Shown in pieces: positions 18,819-28,833 of a DNA stretch of 64,000 bases (within the stretch, counting starts at the first letter, position 1; the number at the start of each line of letters is the position of its first letter). The stretch is from positions 512,001 through 576,000 of the forward strand of contig CAXXOA010000001.1 in assembly GCA_963666275.2 (NCBI GenBank). Direction: 5' to 3'. Under the pieces are notes generated by a model, which saw only the letters and a program-made list of their open reading frames with translations, had not been told where the DNA came from and did no database searches. A program made the position numbers and the translations under genes. This DNA comes from Oceanispirochaeta sp. (GTDB taxonomy: Bacteria > Spirochaetota > Spirochaetia > DSM-2461).

Positions 18819-19973
18819 ATGGCTGTTATGAATTTTTCAGTTCCCAGAAATATAGTCTACGGAGAAGGAGCCATGGAAAAACTGGCGTCTCTGGAAGGTA
18901 AAAGAGCGGCAATCGTTACAGGCGGCAGTTCTATGAAAAAATACGGATTTCTTGATCAGACAGATTCCCTTCTCAAATCTGCAGGTATGGAAACGATCAC
19001 CATAGACGGAGTAGAACCCAATCCCTCTGTTCAGACAGTAAAGAAAGGGGCGGAGGAAATGCTGAAATTCCAGCCCGACTGGATCGTCGCTGTCGGGGGA
19101 GGTTCCGCCCTGGATGCGGCAAAAGTCATGTGGTGTTTCTATGAGCATCCGCATCTTTCGTTTGAAGATATCATTGAGCCCGGTTCCATGCCCGGTCTCA
19201 GAAATAAAGCCAAATTCATTGCTATTCCCTCTACAAGCGGAACAGCCTCTGAAATTACAGCTTTTTCTGTAATCACAGATACGGAAAAACATATCAAATA
19301 TCCCATCGTTGCGGCCGATATGGTTCCCGATCTGGCTATCCTGGATCCGGCAATCCCGGCAAAAATGCCCGCTCATATTACCGCAAATACAGGTATGGAT
19401 GTATTGGCGCATGCGATGGAAGCAGTTGCTTCTACAGCGGCTACCTGCTTTACCGACCCCTATGCGGTAGAAGCTATAAAACTTGTATTTGAAAACCTTC
19501 CTACCGCTTTTACCGATGGAAATGATTCAGAAGCCCGCTACAATATGCACAATGCCTCTTCTCTGGCAGGAATGGCTTTTACCAATGCCTCTCTGGGGCT
19601 GGTTCACTCTTTGGCGCACAAAATCGGGGGAGAATTCGGCGTGACCCATGGTCTGGCCAATGCGATCCTTCTCCCCTATATCATCGATTTCAATCGGAAG
19701 TTCTCAGACAAATATGCCATGGTGGAAAAATCTCTGGGCATACGTGACCTGGCCCAGGAAGTGCGGGAGCTGAACAGCAGACTGAACATTCCCGCTACTT
19801 TCAGAGAGTGCACCGAAGTGGACTTCAATGAAGAGAAGTTCAAGTCCGTTCTGGATAGGATGAGTCGCAATGCTCATGGTGATCCCTGTACATTGACCAA
19901 TCCCGGTACACCCTCTGTAGAAGATGTCAGAGAAATCTATGAAGCATCTTTCTATGGAAAAAGTATGAAATAG
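18819..19973 (+). CDS. Iron-containing alcohol dehydrogenase (AdhA/NADPH-dependent butanol dehydrogenase-like)
   Basis: GGGSALDAAK, PSTSGTASE, GMDVLAHAME, GLVHSLAH, HGLANA. Confidence 0.92.
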   Translation: MAVMNFSVPRNIVYGEGAMEKLASLEGKRAAIVTGGSSMKKYGFLDQTDSLLKSAGMETITIDGVEPNPSVQTVKKGAEEMLKFQPDWIVAVGGGSALDAAKVMWCFYEHPHLSFEDIIEPGSMPGLRNKAKFIAIPSTSGTASEITAFSVITDTEKHIKYPIVAADMVPDLAILDPAIPAKMPAHITANTGMDVLAHAMEAVASTAATCFTDPYAVEAIKLVFENLPTAFTDGNDSEARYNMHNASSLAGMAFTNASLGLVHSLAHKIGGEFGVTHGLANAILLPYIIDFNRKFSDKYAMVEKSLGIRDLAQEVRELNSRLNIPATFRECTEVDFNEEKFKSVLDRMSRNAHGDPCTLTNPGTPSVEDVREIYEASFYGKSMK

Positions 19974-19994
19974 AAAGCTCGGGGAATCTGCCCG

Positions 19995-20843
19995 TCAGCA
20001 GAGGCGGATTCCCTTGTCTTCCAGGAGGATCTTTTTCTCTCTATAGAGGCCGCCAATCGTTTTTTTGAAGATCTTTTTGCTCAGTTTCAGCACCGAATTT
20101 ATCTCTTCAGGGCTGCTTTTGTCATGAAGGGGAAGATAACCTCCCGCTTCTGAGAGCGCTCTGAGTATGATTTCTCTGGCATCTTCCGTGGATTCCCGGA
20201 ATCCCTGCCGGATAAGGGAGGCGTCGATCAGTCCGTCGGGACGGATTTTTTTGATATACCCGGTCCGTTTATCACCCACTTTAAGTTCTTCAAAGACCTC
20301 ATTTCTGTAGAGCAGGCCCTTGTAGCGGTTCTCCAGGATCACACGTATTCCCAGATCATTAAAGCCGTAGACCAGGCACTCCACACTCTGATTCTCTTTG
20401 AGGGATGTCACATCCTCTTCAAAAAAATCCTCGAATTTGGTGGTTCCGATCACACCGATTCCGTCATAGTCGGGTATCAGGTGCACCACGGCGGTGTCGC
20501 CCTGTTCCAGTTCCTTTCTCATAAGCTTTGTGGGTACAAAGAGATCTTTTTTGATCCCCCAGTCCAGAAAAGCGCCGAAGTCTGTGGTGGAGATCACTTT
20601 CATGGCGGCAAACTGTCCCAGCTCGGCCAGAGGAGTCTTCAGGGTGGCTTTCAGTCCCTCCCTGCCGTCAAGAAAGAGGAATACCCGGATCTCTGATCCC
20701 GGTGTGAGTTTCTCTTCCGGTTCTGCCGCATGCAGAGGAATGAGGGATTCTCCGCCCTCGAGCAGATAGAATCTGCCAGTGTACCGTTTTACTTTCAGTG
20801 TATAGTATTTCCCTGCTGTCAGGGTTTCTGTTCTGTTTTCCAT
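19995..20843 (-). CDS. cvfB: CvfB-family S1 RNA-binding protein
   Basis: GAFLDWGIKKDLFVP, IRPDGLIDASL, winged-helix tail LPLHDKSSPEEI...SKKIFKKTIGGLY. Confidence 0.88.
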   Translation of the reverse strand: MENRTETLTAGKYYTLKVKRYTGRFYLLEGGESLIPLHAAEPEEKLTPGSEIRVFLFLDGREGLKATLKTPLAELGQFAAMKVISTTDFGAFLDWGIKKDLFVPTKLMRKELEQGDTAVVHLIPDYDGIGVIGTTKFEDFFEEDVTSLKENQSVECLVYGFNDLGIRVILENRYKGLLYRNEVFEELKVGDKRTGYIKKIRPDGLIDASLIRQGFRESTEDAREIILRALSEAGGYLPLHDKSSPEEINSVLKLSKKIFKKTIGGLYREKKILLEDKGIRLC

Positions 20844-20988
20844 AAGCTACAAAGTATAGTCGCTCCCGCGGCCTTTGTCACTTGCCGGAGGGGCGAATCC
20901 CTCCATTCCGCCGAAGAGATAATTCTGTCCCTGTTTTTTTTCCTGAAAAGAGGATGCAATCCCCAGCTGATAGGGCTAATATTAGGTT

Positions 20989-23658
20989 ATGACTTCGCCA
21001 TATGCTAACCCGGGATCTTCGGAATTATCAGGAAGAAACTACTCGGCAGAAATACTGGATGCCGTGAAAATGCCTATTTTCATTATTTCCTGCGAGACCA
21101 ACCAGATCAGGTATCTCAACAGTAAAGCGGTCAAACTGATCGGAAGGACCAGAGACAACGTTGTCGGACAGAAGTGCTGGGATGTGATCAGTGAGGACTG
21201 TAATGGAATCTGTACTCTGAACGAAAAGGATTTTCCTCAGGATCAGAGAGAGATATATCTGAAAGTTCCCTGCGGGGAACATCAGGGATTTCTGACATTC
21301 GTCAGTCGGATCGACTATGCCGGAGAACTCTGTTTCCTTTCCACAATGATGGATACAACCGATCATCAGGCATTTGAGGAAAAGCTCTCCATACTGATCG
21401 ATATGGAGTCCAGGCTCCTGGAGCAGATATCACTGGAGGAGAAGCACTCTCTTGTCACCGATTTTCTGATGAGAATACAATCTTCAGTCTACTGCTGCAT
21501 CTGGGGAAAGAGGTTCAATACGGATCCTCTTGTTGAGCTTGATAAAACCGCAGAAGCCGGGGAACTGCCCTATGATACATCCATGAGCGATTTCCTGTCC
21601 CTGGAGGAGGAGGTCCTGAACCAGGTTGTTGAAGGAACCTATGAACAGCTATCGAAGGAGTATCAGCACTACGGCCGGTGGCTATTGGATAATGATAACA
21701 GGAAAATCGGTTTTTTCCTTTTTATCACTACCCGTGTTCTGGAAGATATGGATCTTTTCTTCCTCGAATCCTCTGTGAGCCTCATTGCCCGGGTGCTTAT
21801 GAATGATCAGGTTTCCCGGAAGCTGCAGGATGCTCTGAAAAGGGCTGAAAAAACTGTGGCTCTTATGGAAGGCCAGGAGATAAGACTCCAGCAGGTAAAA
21901 GACAGGGCGGATTTTCTTTCAAAGCGCTATGGACTGGCCAACCCCCTGGAAGATCCCGGAGGGCATGGGATACTTTTCGAGTCCGAAATGGCCAGGAAGA
22001 AAAATCTTGCCATGGCGGAAGAAGCGGAAATCGCCCGCAGGGCTCTTCTGGAATCAAATGAACAGTTGTCTCTCATCAAACAGGCTGTGGATGGTTCCAG
22101 CGATGCAGTGGCTATTTCGACAATCTCGGGAGAGTTCTTCTATATCAATCAGACCTTCTCGGATATTTTCGGGTACAATATCGCCATGCTTGCCTGGCTC
22201 TCTCTGGATTCTCTGATGAGTCAGCCCGAAATTTACAGGGAAGCCCTGTCTACTGCGACCAGGGGAGAGTCCTGGCAGAAAGAACTGAAGATGACCAATC
22301 ATGATGATCAGCAGATTGATATCTTCCTCCGCTGTTCCTCTTTCAAGGACGAGAAAGATGTTGTCCTGGGGCTGATCTGGAATTTTACGGATATTTCACT
22401 GGCAAAAGAGCATGAAAGGCAGATTCATGAGTACACCAGGAAAATAGAAATCGATCTTTCGGACAAAAAGAAAATGCTCGATAAGGCGGCTCTGCTCCAG
22501 GAGAGTCTCATCTATAAAACTCTTCCCCTAACAGAAGAAATTACAGTTCACGGCATGTTCATGCCCTGCGAAACTCTGGGAGGAGATTTTTTCCGGATTC
22601 AGAAGGGAATCTACCAGAACAGGCTTGTGATTATTCTGGGAGACTGTACCGGTCACGGAGTCGAAGCGTCCATGGATGCCTCTCTTCTGACAAGTCTGGT
22701 GGACCGGAACCTTTCACTGATCTATAACAACAGAACCGATCTTTTTCTGGAAAAGATCAGCAGGTCCTTCATGCAGATATCCGATGACGATCAGTTTCCC
22801 ACCATGTTTGCCATGGTTGTGGATCTGGATGAGGGCCAGGCCTATTATTCCAATGCCAACAGTGAGCTTCCGTTCCTGATCCGTCAGGGAAAGATCCATC
22901 AGCTCGAAAGGGCCGAAGGGATGCATATCGGATACTTTGACACTCCCCGGTACGAGCGGAAACAGTTGCGACTGGAGGGGGGGGATAAGATCCTCTTTTT
23001 TTCAGATGCGGTGGTAGAAATAGAGCAGAACCGGGAGCACATGCTGGGATACAGCGGTCTTTTTTCTCTTGTGGAGGATACTCTCTGCCGGGAAAAAGGG
23101 GAATTCGGTGATCTGCTAAACTGCATTTATGCGGAAAACGGAAAATTCCCCCTTTTGGACGACATGACTCTGATCCTTCTGGAGTATACGGGAAAGGAGG
23201 TTTTCTCCTGCCAGTTCTCCACCCTGGAGGAGTGGCGGTCTCACATAGAATCCCTGAAGCAGCGCCTGAACCGATTCCGTTTCAATTTTCAGGAGATTGA
23301 AGAGTTTATTATTGCCCTGGACGAAATGAGTCTGAATGCCATCAATCACGGCAATAAAAACGATCCTGCCAGAAAAGTCCTTATAGAAGGGGAGATCAAT
23401 AATATGGCCGTGTCTGCGATTGTGGAAGACGAAGGGGAGGGGTTTGATCCTGAAAGTGTCCCGGATCCTGTCGCAACGATCGAAGAGATTATGGAGAGGT
23501 GTATCGAAGAGGAATATATCCATGGCAGGGGAATAAAGCTGACAGGGAAACTTGTAGACGAGATCAGCTATAATGATAAGGGTAACTGCGTCTATCTGAA
23601 GAAAGAGAAAAAGCCCCGGTTCCTTCTGGATTACAAGAAATGGCTGGCCGATATATGA
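20989..23658 (+). CDS. Fused PAS-(GAF-like)-PAS / SpoIIE-type PP2C phosphatase / RsbW-type HATPase protein
   Basis: PAS motifs (IRYLNSKAVKLIG; FFYINQTFSDIFGY), PP2C GGDFF, GDCTGHG, FSDA, DDMT; HATPase EMSLNAINHG, DEGEGFD, GRGI. Confidence 0.88.
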   Translation: MTSPYANPGSSELSGRNYSAEILDAVKMPIFIISCETNQIRYLNSKAVKLIGRTRDNVVGQKCWDVISEDCNGICTLNEKDFPQDQREIYLKVPCGEHQGFLTFVSRIDYAGELCFLSTMMDTTDHQAFEEKLSILIDMESRLLEQISLEEKHSLVTDFLMRIQSSVYCCIWGKRFNTDPLVELDKTAEAGELPYDTSMSDFLSLEEEVLNQVVEGTYEQLSKEYQHYGRWLLDNDNRKIGFFLFITTRVLEDMDLFFLESSVSLIARVLMNDQVSRKLQDALKRAEKTVALMEGQEIRLQQVKDRADFLSKRYGLANPLEDPGGHGILFESEMARKKNLAMAEEAEIARRALLESNEQLSLIKQAVDGSSDAVAISTISGEFFYINQTFSDIFGYNIAMLAWLSLDSLMSQPEIYREALSTATRGESWQKELKMTNHDDQQIDIFLRCSSFKDEKDVVLGLIWNFTDISLAKEHERQIHEYTRKIEIDLSDKKKMLDKAALLQESLIYKTLPLTEEITVHGMFMPCETLGGDFFRIQKGIYQNRLVIILGDCTGHGVEASMDASLLTSLVDRNLSLIYNNRTDLFLEKISRSFMQISDDDQFPTMFAMVVDLDEGQAYYSNANSELPFLIRQGKIHQLERAEGMHIGYFDTPRYERKQLRLEGGDKILFFSDAVVEIEQNREHMLGYSGLFSLVEDTLCREKGEFGDLLNCIYAENGKFPLLDDMTLILLEYTGKEVFSCQFSTLEEWRSHIESLKQRLNRFRFNFQEIEEFIIALDEMSLNAINHGNKNDPARKVLIEGEINNMAVSAIVEDEGEGFDPESVPDPVATIEEIMERCIEEEYIHGRGIKLTGKLVDEISYNDKGNCVYLKKEKKPRFLLDYKKWLADI

Positions 23659-23805
23659 AACGCAGTTTTTTTGTAAAAAGTATAAATGAACTTTTATTTT
23701 GACCTGAAAACGTTTAATATTACTCAATGGGCAGACTATTGATGTCTTATAGCTTAGTTTAGGCTGAATACGGGTATTCACACTTGCAATTGGAAAAACA
23801 ATTAA

Positions 23806-25605
23806 ATGGATCATTTACAAAGCACGGCAAATCTATCCTACAAACTGAAGAAATTCGCATCTGAACTGAATGAGTATACAGGCCGCTGCGATAATATCAT
23901 CTCCAGTATCTCCAGTAAACTTCCTGTTCTGGAGGATCAGGTCGACGATAATATCCTGGAAGTCCGGGAGCTACTCAAGTTTCTCTTCACCAGTGATGAC
24001 CAGCAGATTTCCTATGGTGTCAAACATGAACTCAATCAGTTTCAGGATTATATCAATGAATTTCTCATCATTCTGAAAGATACCAATACTATCGACAATG
24101 ATATTTTCGAAAACCTCAAAAAAACAGTGGGTGTTTCCAATTCCACTATCAATAAGATTCATGACATTTTTGAGATTTCCGAAAATCTCCGTGTTTTTGC
24201 CATCAATTCCATCGTCTTTTCCCATAGAGAGGGAGATGCAGGACGGGGATATCAGATCATTGCCAACGAGTTTATCCGCCTTTCAGAAGAGATCTCCAGC
24301 AGTACCTACAGGATCAATGAAAAGGGTCAGCAGATGCAGGTTCAGACCCAGGAATTTCTGCGTCTGATCGAAGAGTACGAAGAGTTTATTTCCAGCCATA
24401 TCAGCCGTGTATCCGGAGAATCCAGAACTCTGCTGCAGAAATCCACGCTCAGCGCTGAGAACTTCTCCAAGCTGATGAACGATCTTCTCAGCCGTCTGGA
24501 CGATATAAAAAAACCCACATCCCGGATTATGGTGGATGTTCAGCTTCAGGATATAATTCAGCAGCAGTTTACCAGTCTGACCAGGACATTGGATGATGCT
24601 CTCACCATAGTGAACAGAAAACAGGATCAGAATGATCCCGAAGGGACTGTAAAGGTCTACTCACTTCTGGATTACATTTTCAGCAATACAAACAGCCAGC
24701 TCCGGAAGGTCAACGATCAGATGCTGGATCTTATTCATCAACTGGAAAACCATTTCAAAACCATACAGAATATCCTCAAGGATTTTCAGAATGACAAAGA
24801 GGAGATCAACTCCCTGGTTATTCCGGAAAACGGGGAATCCAGCAAAGGGTCTATTGTTTTTGAGATCTTCAGCTCTCCCGATAAGACGATTGAGAATATC
24901 CTTCATGATCTTAAACGCGGACAGACTCTGAAGCAGGATGTTATTTTACACTTCTCACGGATTTTCAGTCTTGTGAACGATGAGAAGAATATGGCCATGG
25001 CTTTTTCTCCGATCATCGAATCGGTCAACAATCTTCTTCTTCTGGGCAAGATCGAACAGGCCCGCCACGGACTGGCTCTGTCGGGCAATGACATCGGTGT
25101 TTTCTCCCAGATTAAAACTTCCGAGCTCTCGGGGATTATCGAAGATGTCAATGAATCCCACTCCATGATTGAAGAGAGCCTTGAGAAAATCAATCAGGCT
25201 TTTACCTATCAGAAAGGCAAGTACCGGGGTATTGAAGACCGCCTGAGAGAGTCCCGTCAGATTCTTCAGAAGACAGAAGCCATCTTCAGGGACAATTATT
25301 TCACCGTGATCAATGTTTCGGATATGCTGATGAAGGAGATTCACTCTTTTGTAAAACTTTTTGATGAGCTGAAAAGGCTTCACAGTCAGATGGCAAAAAG
25401 CATTGAGATCAGTGATGAACTGGCCCATGGAGTCAATACCATACTGAATGAACACGGCGGGGCTATTTCTATTGATGAGTGCCGTTTTGACGACTCTTTT
25501 ATTCAGGAAGTCTATGAAAGATATAAAAATGATCTCTCCAGGAACAGTCAGGACGAGAGTTCTTCCGCTTCCGATGAAGATTCTGATGGAATTGTATTGT
25601 TTTAG
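23806..25605 (+). CDS. Soluble coiled-coil protein with degenerate MCP signalling-tip motifs
   Basis: [37 protein letters not shown] resembles the MCP tip; [10 protein letters not shown]; second tip-like [15 protein letters not shown]; acidic tail ending GIVLF; no TM segment. Confidence 0.7.
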   Translation: [599 protein letters not shown]

Positions 25606-25656
25606 CAATAATCTGTCACTACTATTTAAGTATAAGATAATAAGACTTAAGGAGAC

Positions 25657-25974
25657 ATGATGAGCAGCATAAATGTCAGAAATGATGGGATGAAAACGAT
25701 TCTGACTGTAGAAGATAAATCTCTTTCGCGAGACACTGCTACGGAACTGAAGGAAAAGGCTCTCAGTGCGATTGAGTCCGGTTCCAGAAATCTTGTCCTT
25801 GATCTCTCTGTGCCCCAGTACATCGACAGTTCCGGCATAGGCAAACTTCTTTTTCTCAATAAAAAACTGCAGACCCTTCAGGGAGAGCTGACAATCCCCA
25901 AGATAAATCAGACTCTATATGAGTTTCTGGATTCTCTGGCCATTTCCAAGGTAATAAAAATTACGGCTCCCTGA
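25657..25974 (+). CDS. STAS-domain anti-sigma-factor antagonist (RsbV/SpoIIAA-like)
   Basis: LVLDLSVPQYIDSSGIGKL with the conserved phospho-acceptor Ser; AAGGAG RBS. Confidence 0.92.
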   Translation: MMSSINVRNDGMKTILTVEDKSLSRDTATELKEKALSAIESGSRNLVLDLSVPQYIDSSGIGKLLFLNKKLQTLQGELTIPKINQTLYEFLDSLAISKVIKITAP

Positions 25975-26338
25975 GGAAAATCCTGTTTCAGTGAACTTCT
26001 CTCCTATTTAAACACTGGTTCTCCGGAAGAAGTTGACAGTGTATTTATACAGAACTTCAAATAAAGCTATGTCATCTCATCTCTATTTTAGGGATATTAA
26101 ATTAATTAACCTCTATGCTGAATCTCCAAATCCTAATATTCTCTTCCACCCTACCTACTGGGGCGCAGTCTAGAAAAGCCTTTCTTTACTAACCGGCTTA
26201 TGTAAAATCTACTGTTCATTATTAAGTTCGGTTTCAATAAAAGGACTGGATTGTAACCCCCTCTGAGCTCAGTCATATCTTCCAGTCCATTTTATTTACT
26301 TAAAGATATGATTTACCACACTCGGGAATTATAATTCA

Positions 26339-27546
26339 TGTTTAATGACAGTATTCACCTGACACTCTCTCCAGAAGAATAATGAAACTTCTTATGCGGG
26401 ATTACCGCTTTTTTGCTCTTCTTGAATACCTTCAAAAAATGCTGTCTTTGGTGTTCTACCTTTCATATTTCTACCCTGATGAGCACGCTCTTCATTATAG
26501 TATTTCAAGTAGATATCCAGATCCTTTTGCATCTCTGAAACTGACTCATAGAACTTCTCTCGCCCTTTGATTCTGAAGTGCTCATCAAGTAATGTTCTAT
26601 GCATCCGTTCAACGAATCCATTACTCTGGGGACGACGAACTTTAGTTGTTCTATGCTCAATTTCTTCCAGCTGCAAAAAGAGCTCGAAAGGATGATGATC
26701 TTCTCTTCCACAGTACTCACGTCCATTGTCGGTAAGTACTGTTTTAATCTTCACTCCATGCTCCTCATAGAATGGTAAAACATCATTATTAAGAACATGA
26801 ACAGCTGTGACGGGCATTTTATTTGTATATAAACGTCCCCATGAATACCGGTTGTGACAATCAATAACTGTCTGCAAATATACTCTACCGACTCCTTTCA
26901 ACGTCCCGACCATAAATGTATCTATAGAAACAAGTTCTCCCGTACATGTGGTTTCAATATGTCTTTCTTTAAACTCTGGATCAAAACGTTCAAGGAGTCT
27001 GATCTGGTCCTCAGTTAGATTGATTTTCTTCTTTCCCTGATGCTCTTCTAGCCGAAGAAGTCTCTGATACTTATTTTCTAGGTTATGCCTTATCCAGACC
27101 CCTCTGACGCCGCCTGAGCTTACAGATATGCTCTTTAAAGCTAATTGCTGAGCAACGCGTACACAGCCATGTGTTGGATACTGAAGGCTATAATCCAGAA
27201 TAGCCCTTTCAACCTCATCAGAGACCCTATTGGGATGTGGATTCCTTGGACCAGGTAATTTATCTACCAGCCCCTGAGACCCATAGGTTTGATAGTTCCT
27301 TCTGATCTCGTAAAACTGCTGTCTCGAATAGCCCATGATCTTACATGCCTTACTGACATTTCCTAGATCCTCTGCAAGTTCAAGCATGCTCATCTTTCTG
27401 CGTGTAGCCTTTTGTGCTACAGTCCTGTTGGTGGCCATTGAATCCTCCTGATATAACAATTTGTGGTAAAATCATTATATCTTCTGGAGATGAGATGGCC
27501 ACCTCTATTTTTTAGCCAACTGTCAGGTGAATACCGTCACTGTACA
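26339..27546 (-). mobile_element. IS481-family insertion sequence, 1208 bp
   Basis: Terminal IRs TGTTTAATGACAGTATTCACCTGACA (26339-26364) and TGTCAGGTGAATACCGTCACTGTACA (27521-27546), 22/26 match; TAATTCA duplicated at 26332-26338 and 27547-27553. Confidence 0.93.
26392..27438 (-). CDS. IS481-family DDE transposase
   Basis: N-terminal HTH (GNVSKACKIMGYSRQQFY), rve core IDTF...LTDNGREY...PQSNGFVER; ATG 27438 with AGGAGG RBS. Confidence 0.95.
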   Translation of the reverse strand: MATNRTVAQKATRRKMSMLELAEDLGNVSKACKIMGYSRQQFYEIRRNYQTYGSQGLVDKLPGPRNPHPNRVSDEVERAILDYSLQYPTHGCVRVAQQLALKSISVSSGGVRGVWIRHNLENKYQRLLRLEEHQGKKKINLTEDQIRLLERFDPEFKERHIETTCTGELVSIDTFMVGTLKGVGRVYLQTVIDCHNRYSWGRLYTNKMPVTAVHVLNNDVLPFYEEHGVKIKTVLTDNGREYCGREDHHPFELFLQLEEIEHRTTKVRRPQSNGFVERMHRTLLDEHFRIKGREKFYESVSEMQKDLDIYLKYYNEERAHQGRNMKGRTPKTAFFEGIQEEQKSGNPA

Positions 27547-27797
27547 TAATTCAGATAATCATAAATGGCATTTCAGAATAGATAGGTGAATATTTCTGGT
27601 CTTTTCTCATGTTTTGCTAATTTAATTCTTTAAATCATTTATATTTATAAAATTTTTTAAAAGGATGAAATCCCCGGGTTGTATTGACTAAGTGGTGGAG
27701 TTTATTGTTTAGATTTATAAATGCATATTATATGAGATAGGAAAATAAAAAAATCACTTTCCTATCAAAATATATACTAAATTTTTTAAAATACATT

Positions 27798-28574
27798 TTA
27801 TGCCATAATTTTTCCACCAGCAATAAGGATGGAGTTCCCATCAATATATGAGGATCTATCATCACACAGAAACGCGACAACTTCAGCAATTTCATTTGGA
27901 TGACCAATATAGCCCATCGGGATTGTTGCGTTCATTTCATCATAGTATTCGCTGACATCTTTTCCTTCTTCCTTACCTCGGCGTGTAAAGGAGTCCCTAA
28001 GCATATCTGTTTCAATATTTCCGGGTTGTATTGCAACTGTGGTTATGCCATATGGTGCTAATTCTAAAGCTAAAACTCGTGTCATCATGGAAACTGCTGC
28101 TTTTGACATGCAGTATGGTCCATTGAAAGCTTCTTCCCTAACAGCAGCTATTGAGGACGTATTGATGATTCTACCCTTTTTGTTTGGTATCATTGCTTTA
28201 GCAACTTCAGCGCTGCAGATATAGGACCCTTTTACATTGATATCCATAACAAAATCATATAGCTCATCATCCATTTCAAGAAAACTGCTGATGCGGTCAA
28301 CTCCAGCAGCATTAAACAGACAGTCTATTCGTCCATAGGTTTCTATTGCCTTAACCACTGCATCTTTGACCTGTTGTCTATTTCGGACGTCTACGATAGC
28401 ATAAATAGCATCACCTCCGCTGCCGTTTATTTCCTTCACGGTTTCTTTAAGCTGATCTTCTATGATATCAACCAGTACTAGTTTGGCTCCATAACCTGCA
28501 CATATTTTTGCAGTTGCACCACCAAGTCCTTTTGCTCCTCCAGTGATAAATATAACTTTTTCTTGTAATTTCAT
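27798..28574 (-). CDS. SDR-family NAD(P)-dependent oxidoreductase (probably polyol/cyclitol)
   Basis: TGGAKGLG, NAAG, SS...YCMSK catalytic motif. Confidence 0.92.
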   Translation of the reverse strand: MKLQEKVIFITGGAKGLGGATAKICAGYGAKLVLVDIIEDQLKETVKEINGSGGDAIYAIVDVRNRQQVKDAVVKAIETYGRIDCLFNAAGVDRISSFLEMDDELYDFVMDINVKGSYICSAEVAKAMIPNKKGRIINTSSIAAVREEAFNGPYCMSKAAVSMMTRVLALELAPYGITTVAIQPGNIETDMLRDSFTRRGKEEGKDVSEYYDEMNATIPMGYIGHPNEIAEVVAFLCDDRSSYIDGNSILIAGGKIMA

Positions 28575-28710
28575 TACATTTCTCCTTTTTACCGAAGTTA
28601 TCCTATACCCCGGTTTGTTTTATATCGAGTTATGTCCCGGACATAAGTCAATTCTGTATGAAAAGTTGCCGCCCCATAGAAAAGTCATAACCATTTTATA
28701 TTATTAAATA

Positions 28711-28724
28711 TGATAACGCTAACA
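28711..28724. promoter_or_regulatory. LacI-type operator (copy 1 of 3)
   Basis: TGATAACGCTAACA upstream of the SDR gene; matches 30949 and 33887. Confidence 0.65.
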
Positions 28725-28747
28725 TAAATTATAAAAAATATATAGTC

Positions 28748-28763
28748 ATATCATCAGATGTAG
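28748..28763. promoter_or_regulatory. FadR/GntR-type operator (copy 1 of 6)
   Basis: ATATCATCAGATGTAG just downstream of a minus-strand TTGACA(28794)-N16-TAAGCT promoter. Confidence 0.65.
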
Positions 28764-28833
28764 TTAAGCTTAACAGAAATCAATTTTTTGTCAACTTATT
28801 TTCCAATAAAAATATCTGAAAGTACTTGATACT

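Noticed and set aside
28630..28646. Perfect palindrome TTATGTCC-C-GGACATAA in the SDR leader as a third operator
   Set aside because: Single occurrence that matches neither repeated motif; cannot be assigned
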